A stretch of 64,000 nucleotides of DNA, taken from contig NW_002060946.1 of NCBI RefSeq assembly GCF_000150275.1, positions 2,065,454 to 2,129,453 of the forward strand. Reading direction: 5' to 3'. The notes under the pieces are model-generated. The model was not told where the DNA came from. It searched no databases and saw nothing but the letters and a program-made list of their open reading frames with translations. The stretch is from Trichoplax adhaerens (Eukaryota > Animalia > Placozoa). The position numbers were made by a program, and so were the translations under genes. Of the stretch, positions 54,595-64,000 are shown one piece after another (position 1 is the first letter of the stretch; each line of letters begins with the position of its first letter).

Positions 54595-54810
54595 ATTTAC
54601 AGTACAGTACTGTAGAGATCGAAGAAAAACACGGGCGTTAACGTACTGTACTGTACTGTACTGTACTGTATCGGACTAGGACTGTACTACAGTACATAGC
54701 GTACAGTAGGTACGGTAGGGTACTGTACCGAACATACTGTACTGTACAGTACAATACTTTACAGTGTACAGTGTACAGTAGATGCATTTACAGTACTGTA
54801 CTGTACTAGA
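54595..54810. promoter_or_regulatory. TACAGTA/TACTGTA cluster 5' of STRIP
   Basis: Includes a pure (GTACT)5 run from 54643 and many scattered copies, ~100 nt upstream of the ATG at 54916. Confidence 0.6.
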
Positions 54811-54915
54811 AGTAAGTCCATGACCACAGCGCAGCATTTCGCTGTGGATCAACATCACGACTACAACTGTCTATAGCTAGGAAACAGGAATTTGCTGCTT
54901 TTCAACTTAATCAAC

Positions 54916-57900
54916 ATGGATGGCACAGAAGCGCCACAAAAGGCTAATGCAGGACCCCATATTAAAAATTTATCCAAGTTGAGAGAGTTATTGAGAGCTC
55001 AGAAACGAGAATTGGAAGAAGTAAGTTTGTAGTTGTTATCATCAAGGAGTAACATTGTACTAAAATGCTTCAATTGCGATTCTCTTCTACCAGCATATTA
55101 CGTATTGCTGTACTTTGCTAATGTGCGATAGCGCAAAGTTTGCTACAACATTATTACTGTCGTAGTCATGTAGTATCTTAAAACAGTTATCACGTCAATC
55201 TAGTCAAAATGAGTAGACGTAGGTACCTACGATTCACTACAAGTAGAAGTACACAATGGATTGGATACCTTGACGAGCGTATACAGGATAATTTGCCTTG
55301 TAATAATCATGTTGTTATTTATGTATCCATTTAGCCTGATACTCCCGAAATTGAATTTGCTTATAAGGATACCAACAGTTACTTAACGCAACTAGGCGGT
55401 AGGTACTGAGAAACAAGATATTGTAGTGGTTTCTTGCTCGATCAAGTAATCGTATTCATTGAATCATTCGTGACTATTCAATTATTGTATTGGTCTTTTC
55501 CTGCAGAATATTACAGTTATTTGGAACATACTGAGTTCCTGGAATATCGTTTATGTTATGAGGAATATAAACTAGCAATTGGTAATGCTTTGAATGGTAA
55601 ATTAATCATTAAATTCATCTAGTAGTCATTCCTGCTTTTAAAATAAAATTTCTTGATGTTACTAGTTAGTGATTGGTCATCATTTATTTACACTAACGGA
55701 TATCAAAAATTGAAATAAAGTCTATTCTTTTACAGTACAGTAGTACGGTAGGTCTCATTCGATATCGTTCCATTAATTAATGAATGAATGACAGTAATGA
55801 TAATAGTATGCTACGTCATGCTACAGATATGCGTATTCGAAAATAATATATTACAATCTCTTTACATAAAATGATCGGATTGAAGTGAAATGAGTTTTTA
55901 AATCAGAACTTTGTAGTAGACATCCAATATTTACATATTGATATATGCTTTCTGACTGTACCCACGATGCTATACTGGAACAAACTACGATATAGTATAA
56001 CTACAATTTAACTTCCATCGTTGTTAGGCTTTAAACTTTCACCATTACTGACGGTAGATAATGAGCGACTACTGTACGGATAGTTATGCACTTCAATCCA
56101 GTCTAAAGCGCTAAATGATAAAAATAATGCTGTAATGTACAATACTGTAAATATGGTGATGTATGATATTCTCATAGGCATGAAAGTTGTCTGACTTATG
56201 TACTTCTTTTTTATAATCATCTCTGCTATTGCAGACCCTGATAATGATGAATTATGGTTGCAAGTGACGGAAAATGAACGGAAGAGAATTATTTTACGCT
56301 TACTAGATGACCTGGATTCTGCTAATCCAGTTGTTCGAGATTCAAGTAGTCGGGCAATGCTCTATATTGCTCTAGGTAACATATACGACCATCTAGCATT
56401 AATAAATTACTTTTGAATATATGGTATACGAATATAACAAGGAGCTAACCTCGCCAAACACTGTAGACTTTAAAATTTTACTACATTATATCATTTATAC
56501 TACATACTGTTCTACTTAGTTGTGACTCTTACAATTTGACAGACCTATTCTAATAGCATTCTTGCTATAATTAAATAGGAGTATTTGGCGAGTATACTAC
56601 GGAAGAAATGCTACAAAAATGCGTAAGATAGAAGCAAAAATAGTATAATTTCTTAAAATAGCTATACTCGTATTAGCCCTATATTAGATAGAAAATAATT
56701 TTGTTTGTGTATGTGACATGTTGGTATATTTTTACCGTTCTTTCCATTTTATTAATCTTTATACTGTATACGTTTTCGATACTTCATTTTATACTTTGCT
56801 GGTTACTACTAATGATTACATATGAAAATTAATTGAGCGGAGATAGTTCAGTTATTATTTTAAGTGATTACTAAAATTTGCAATGCATAATTATACAATC
56901 AATTATCTAATATTTATCGTAGGCTATTGAAAACTGTTACCTATTGTATAAGTATCAAGCTTTTCACACCTGCATCCAAAACATGAATCGAGAAGTAGAG
57001 TAAGTAGAAATTGGCTATTGCTTATTTCCTTTTTATATTCTGTATTAGTGCTGGAATAAGTATTTGAAATATAGCATATCACCATAGTTATTTAACGATA
57101 CTATGCACTAGTACTTTGCCCTTTAACTCAATTTTTGGGTCTTACTGCAGTTCAATTTTTTATGGTGAAGATCAAATTAGTGAAAGTAATTCCAATAAAA
57201 GGATTAGGTATGCTATGGCTACATTTTTTGATTTTGTATTTCATACCTAATCGTTTGCCTGCGTATTGTGTAGAATACGAATATAGGCTATGCTGTATAG
57301 CATGTAATTTTTGTATTTATTTATTGTTACAGTATATATCTAGGTATAATTTATTGTATAGTTGTTTCCATTGGAAATAATGAGGACGAAGTCGACAGCC
57401 GTAAACAAATTTTGAGGGCGAATTTCATCTATGAGCTCGGTAAAAATGATGCTTGAACTTACCTATGTAACTTTTTTATTATTTTTGGTCTTATTGTGCG
57501 TATAAAACAAATCATGCAGGCCGACCAATATCACCTGGAAATGAAACATTGGCTTACATACTTTTCGAAATGGCTCTTAAATTTTGTAGTGGGAGTTTAA
57601 GTGAAATTTCAATTAAGAAAACTGTATTACTATTATGGAAAACTATTTTGGTAAGATAGTCGTAAATAGTATCGTATCTAACCATTGATCAACTTCATAT
57701 CGGAAATTTGCCTACCTATTTATATATATTGGGTAAAATGGCGATTTATTACAGGTATCTCTAGGAGGAATGGATAAAATACATCAATTAAAGCATGACG
57801 CTCGTCAAGCCGCTAAATTAGACGATTGGAATGACGACAAAGTTTCACCTAATATTCTTCCTTTAAAACCGCAACTTCCCTCGCTTTTAATATCGTCCAC

Positions 57901-60740
57901 AAATGAACTGACTGATATAAATGGAGAACACAGAATTGAAGACAAGGGAAAGCTTACAACTCAGAAATTAGCCCTATTGAAACCAAAAGTTAGGTAAGTA
58001 GCGAGAAAATATGTCAGTACGATCATTTAGTCTGATTTAACGACTAAATTTTTCTGTTCATAATTTTTAAATACTGTTTAATTCTCTACTATTGATTAGG
58101 CAAAACGATATCAATAACTTTCTTGAAAAGGCTCGGCTAAAGTTTTTAGGATATAAGTTGGAAGGGTAAATTTTATGTGCTAGTTCTTATAATTATAATT
58201 GTCGTAAATCTCTTGCATTGTTGAAAAGACTCATTTTCAATGTTGTTGTATTCTACTACTTTAAGGGATAATTCCACTGATGCTGGTTTACCAACTTCAA
58301 TTATTGAGGGACTAAAAGTATTAAAATCGGTTTGTATCATATCTGTTCCGTTAAAAAAGTTTTCATATGCGATGTTTAACACTCGATATAATTGTTGTAT
58401 AGTATCTCTACGTTTCACATGGTGAATGGCAAATTAAGAATGAGAAAAAATTAACTCAGGATGCAATACAGGTCAGTTTAGCTTAATTGAAAATATTATT
58501 AGCAAATTTTACTCAAACATACATTCTTTTATACAATTAAGAATATATTTAAAGATGAAATAGCCGATAATCCGACGGAAATATTGTATCAAGCTATATT
58601 ACCCAAAATTCAGCAATATATGGTAACTATTTACTCTTTTGCTATGCACGGGAAGGATATCTCCCTATAGCTAGCCTTAATACTACCCACTATTAAAAGA
58701 ACATCTTTGCGTGAAATCAATCTTGCTACAGATTGCGCTATTGAAGATATTACTAGTAGCATCTCCTACGACAAAATCAAAAACCGAATCCTTCAATATT
58801 TTAGTTGAAGTATTGCCCAAAGCAAATGCGTAAGTTCGTATACGAATCCGACTGTATATCTATAAACCTGTACCATGAACACAGTATTCGCATATGATAT
58901 TTCAAAAAGTTAAAAAAATTTTGATGTTTCTTTAGATCTACAATGCGTCAGACCTTGAAAGTGGCTGTAGATGCTGAGAGACATAAAGTAAAAATAATTC
59001 AGCTATTACTTTTAAAGTTGACTTTTATCTATTGCAGCTAAAACGGCAGTTATTTAAAGGTTTTACCCTACTTAGATGTTTGTTAATACTTAGGAAATCA
59101 TTGTAGAAGCCATTTCTGCAATTTTATTGCTACTGCTAAAGCATTTTAAAGTAAACCACATTCTTCAGGTATCATTTACGGATCCTTATTGATACATGTA
59201 CTACGACGTAGCTGCGATACACAAGAATGTATATATACTGATGGGTATTTTTCTGAACATTTCTTATTGATGTTATCTTAACTTAACATTTAGTTCGAAC
59301 ATATGGCTCAGAATTTAGTATTTGCAAATTGCATTCCTCTGATCTTGAAACATCTGAACCAAAATCTTGTTAATGTATTGGCGGTAAAGGATAGGTAACT
59401 TTTCTAAATTATCAAAAATATGACAAAGTAATGATATAGCTAATATTTTTTCGTTTACTACATTAGTATAGCATGGTATTATCTTATAATTCTTTGTATG
59501 TACAGTATTTATAATTATTAACCAAGTACTTAATTTTGTTTAGTGGGACAGAAAATCTAGAATTCCCTGCTTGTGTGCTGAACAAATTCAATATTTTATC
59601 GGTAGATACTATAGGGTTCTAAATACGTTCACATTGATCTTGGAGTTTATCTTTTTCGAAATAAACGATACTTTTTGTTCTTTATACGTATTTGGTATTA
59701 TTTCTAAAATTGGAACTATATAAATATCTGCAGCACGATGACAAGGAGAACCCTACCTATAGTTGGCGAGGCATATTTTCGTGCATTAACTTGACGCGAA
59801 TTTTACAAAAATTAACAAAATGGAGACCATCTCGCATCATGGTAATAGAAAATGAACTGATGTGGATTAACGTACTTAGGCATCTATCTCTATGCTTGAA
59901 TTCAATATATTAAGATATAGAGCTTATTTTTTATTATGCTATAGGAGTTATTTCACTGTAGGTGGTGATACCCTTTTTGATACTATATATATACACTAAT
60001 TGAAAAGGTTCATTAATAATTAAGAAGCGTATTTACTGTAATAAATATATTGTGATTTCTCGACAGATGCTGGTTGTCTTCAAGTCAGCTCCAATATTAA
60101 AGCGAGCTTTGAAGCTGAAAGAAGAGACGTTACAGCTTTATCTCTTGAAGGTTGATATCTATGCTTAGAGTTTAACGGAAATAAATACCGCAGCATAGTT
60201 ACGTAAAGTACTGTGGCAATGTACTAACTTTTCTGTTCGTTGTAATGACCACGATAGCTGATTAAACCTCAGACACGATATCTTGGCCGTAACTGGAGAA
60301 AGTCGAACATGAAAATTGTATCAATGATTTATCAACGAGTTCGTCATCATTTAAATGATGACTGGGCATACGGAGTTGGTATGTAGCATCAGCATCTATA
60401 ATGGAAAAGTGCAATGCTAAATTTGAATATTCTAATAACATTGAAGATACTCTTATCTTAGTCTTATATTCAAAATGTTTTAGATCAAGACAGTCAACCT
60501 TGGGATTACCAAGTGGAAGAGAGCGACCTTAGAGCACAAATTGAAAGATTCAATAACCGCCGCTATAGTGATCTAAAATCGGAAGTCTTACCAGATTGTC
60601 TCCCGTACGATAATAATTGGATTAGTGTTTTATCTAAGGAAATACAATTTGCAGATGCTTTTATTAAAAATTATGAAGAGTGGCTAGAGAACGAGGTCCA
60701 TCAACGAAACTTAAATTGGGATAGTCTATGTACTCACTAA
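54916..60740 (+). CDS. STRIP1: Striatin-interacting protein (STRIP1/2, FAM40/Far11), many short exons
   Basis: Spliced translation includes PEIEFAYKDT..EYYSYLE, RLLDDLD..RAMLYIALGVFGE, IKKTVLLLWKTILVSLGG, QYMIALLKILLVASP, RHKEIIVEAISAILLLLLKHFKVNHILQFE, KLTKWRPSRIMMLVVFKSAPILKR, YLGRNWRKSNMKIVSMIYQRVRHHLNDDWAYG and FNNRRY, with the stop at 60740. Confidence 0.95.
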
Positions 60741-61273
60741 TATATTTCGTCTATGCTCATTAAATTGTAAAATAGTAAAGCAATCATTGAATGTTAATGA
60801 AATGTTACTTTAACAAATGGATGTGTGATTTTTTAGCCTTTAGATTGCGTGATCTAATTATCGACTGCACATGAATTTATAACCATTACATTTTTATTCA
60901 AATTTAATTATGATCGAATATAATTCAGTTATTTACGTATGTCACAATGTTTGATGCTATTTTCGCAGCGAATTGTTAATAGATAGCTTGCGTATCAAAT
61001 ATACACAAGAAGCGCTGTCATTTTTTATTACTGATAATATTTAGTATTTGATTAAAACAACCTTCGGCAATATGTAAGATAGTTTGCATTTTAATTATAC
61101 AAAGTTACTGTACACTTTCTATGATAATAAAGTTAATAATTGTCATAAAAGATGGTAATGCTACGCTGTACAATTTGTTCTTATAAACATAACTTACAAA
61201 TAAGACATTGTGAAAAATATTTGCTATCAAATTTAGTGGCAGTTAAATATTATTGTGCAGATGATTATAAGAA

Positions 61274-64000
61274 TTAATCATTTTGAAGATCTTCCATTGA
61301 AACATTTTCTGAAGAATAGGCTTCTTCATCTTCTGCTTCCATATCCAAGAAACAAATTCGTCGTTTACTTTTAGAAAGCTGTAGTAAATCCAGTAAATAG
61401 GACGATGAGTGACAATCTATTGTATCATTAGGCACTTTCTACTATTATGTACTGAGGTTATAACTTATAATAAACATGTATGTGTACTGCCACAATTGAA
61501 TACCGGTTGAAGTAATATTAAGTAATAATTATTATCTTTTACACAGTTTAAATTCATTGTACATACGATGCATCCGACACGGCGTGACCCACTGACGTCG
61601 AGTAGGCCTCCCGAAAATTTTATTAGCTTATAATGATAAGTCAGATTGGCTTCGTAGCATTTCAGTGATTTATCAAGTCTAGATGCATAATTATAATCAA
61701 TTTTATATTATCTTTAGATCATATATTCATAGAATTATTTAAACTAGAGAGAAAAAGCTACTTACAATGTCTTGGTGTTGTCTATAAAGTGTTCACCGAA
61801 AAAAGAATTTAACATTTCTACGTTAAAAGTAGTAAACTGATGAGAATCTGATAATCCAACTTCCGTTAACGATAATTGACCAATCAGAGAATTTTGATGA
61901 TCGTTTGAAAAGAGTAGTGTAGTTATTTGATCTTCACGATACGTAGCAAAATCTAAAATCCGAGCGTCTTCGCTGAAAATTTAACAATATTTCAGTTGAT
62001 GTAAGAGTTTGAAAGATTAAACATGTACAATAAATGACATTTCATACCTTAGGACACTATTTCCGAAATTTTTTAAATTTATTAGGGCGGCTTCGACAGA
62101 ATTCCAGCATATATCATCATCACTGTAAAAGCATAATTACATAATTACACTCACTACTGTTTGATATGTAAATTTAATAAACATCAAGATATTCAGATCC
62201 TTACATTTCCTCGTCCCTAGCTACATCCTTCTGACGTATCACAAGAAGGGATGTCGCACGTTCAGGTATTTGGTAAATTCCGTATATATAATCTTCTCCA
62301 TTAATTTCAACAATTGACCTATAATAGAAATCTTCGTTATTATCAGGGTATTATCTTCGTTTACTGTCATAAGAACGTTATAAAATATATAATAAATTCT
62401 TACTGTGATGCATTTAAACATCTATCTTCTCTACTAATGCTGTGAGGATATAAAACAAATAGAGATCGTTTGAGTACACAACAAGAAGCAATGGGCAGGG
62501 TAAGGTGATAAATAACTAATATGTACTTAGATGTAACAGGAAATAAGAATGCTGGCTTAATAGAAATGGCCACGTCTTGCAGCTAAGTGGTGATTAAATA
62601 TAAATATTACATTATCTAGGTTTTAGCGATAAAAAATATGAAAATAAAAGATGATGAATACACCAAAAACATTAGTCACCGTAGATGTAGCAACTATTTC
62701 TCGGAAATTTTCTTGCAATTGATTGAATAGTTGAATCAAAGATTTTTCGGGGTAATGTTGATATACGAATGCACTATCTAGAGCTAAAAGTGAATTTTAT
62801 TAGAAACTGAAGTCGACATGTTAAGGAAATCAAATTTAAACAAAATGAGAAAGCTTATAAGGAGAAGATTGAAGGAAAAGTTATCAAGTATTAACTCTTT
62901 AATTCAGGAATTTCTTGCGCGAGTTTACTCCAGTATGTATTACTATTATCCTAGAGTATATGAAAGTAGAATACAGTTTTAGCAGCTATATATACATTGT
63001 GAGAAAATTTATAATACAACCAGCATACCTGAACTATTTCCAAATCTCTTTCCAGGAAATACTGCGATGCAAAAAGGGTAAGTTTGATAATGATGCAGTT
63101 AGTGCACGTATCAAAAAACATTTTAACTTCATAAAATAAGAATGTACCTGGCCAATTCGTTCCTTAACAAAGTGTTGCTGTACGTAACTTTCATTCTAAA
63201 AAAGGTAATTAAGTCAGTTATTCTCTTGACTAACGCCGATAATTAGACAATAAAAAAAGTATTCTAAACCTAACCTCTGGCAGTAGCTCTTGTAAAAATT
63301 CCATAAGTGAGGTGCGTTCTTCCTTGTTTAACTATTTCGTAAAATGCTGTTAAAAATGCATATCAAAATAAAATAATTATTTGAAAGCCTCAATATACCT
63401 GATTGTCAATCACTTCTAAGTCTTCGTTATATCTTGCGAGTACTTTAAAAGCGTAAATATGATGATTAAATTCTATTAATTAGCAATTATTTATTTATCA
63501 TACTCGATTTGAAATGTTATTTTCTGATTAGTGAATCCTGAACTTACCTATGGTTAACCACTTAAAAAAGGCATTGTATCTTCTTGACGAATTGTTAATA
63601 ACCCTATTAACATTGTCAATTATAGTGGAAAATAAGTTGTTCGCAATTAGACTTGATGAAGATATTTGTAATCGCTACAAAAAATTCTTTACAAATTTAC
63701 TCTATTAATTCCTGGCCTTTCAATATTAACGATCCAACATTGCAAACACACCCTAAATAAATATGATTTAAGTCGTATTAAGATTATCAATAGCGTGCAT
63801 GATTAATGTGTCAGCGTTGTCATAAGGTATCGAATATTACCATTCACAAAATTAACAACAGCGTTGGGAAACTGAGGCTGATTAAAGATTCCTTTTAGTT
63901 CCAACAAATGTAATAAAAGTGTAGGCCATACGCTAGATAAATTTATAAAATAGGCTAATTTAAAATATGAACTACGGAGATAAGTCTATGGATATGTATC
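61274..64000 (-). CDS. ANAPC4: Anaphase-promoting complex subunit 4, 3' portion (gene extends beyond the window)
   Basis: Minus-strand exons encode VINNSSRRYNAFFKWL, HYPEKSL, ILDFATYREDQIT, DVSGSRRVGCILSKSKRRICFLDMEAEDEE and an acidic tail, matching the APC4 C-terminal pattern. Stop at 61274-61276. Confidence 0.85.

Noticed and set aside
62440-62451. U12-type ATATCCT donor in ANAPC4
   Set aside because: On the - strand it is part of an ordinary acceptor (ATATCCTCACAG) of a GT-AG intron.

Overview
AT-rich eukaryotic DNA with compact genes and short GT-AG introns. It looks like an early-branching animal; a placozoan such as Trichoplax is my inference from composition and gene style, not something the sequence proves. 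Genes read by hand: a small CARD-like protein (-), BAP1/calypso (+), an intronless bacterial-type alpha/beta hydrolase (+), an ~819-aa orphan multipass membrane protein (+), an F-box/7xWD40 protein (+), a secreted protein with two tandem Notch-ligand-type C2 (MNNL-like) domains (-), an intronless class A GPCR (+), Rap1 (+), STRIP1/2 (+) and the 3' part of ANAPC4 (-). There is also a solo LTR with a 5-bp target-site duplication and several minisatellites. The most striking unexplained signal is a recurring non-coding architecture at the 5' ends of the conserved housekeeping genes. It consists of 300-600-nt blocks that fold into dense nested hairpins, with G-U/G-T wobbles on the + (sense) strand and no obvious sequence identity to each other, next to clusters of TACAGTA/TACTGTA motifs that are often followed by a 3' splice-site-like sequence. 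I saw no such clusters at the GPCR, hydrolase, membrane-protein or secreted-protein genes. All folding was done by eye and needs a shuffle-controlled computation.
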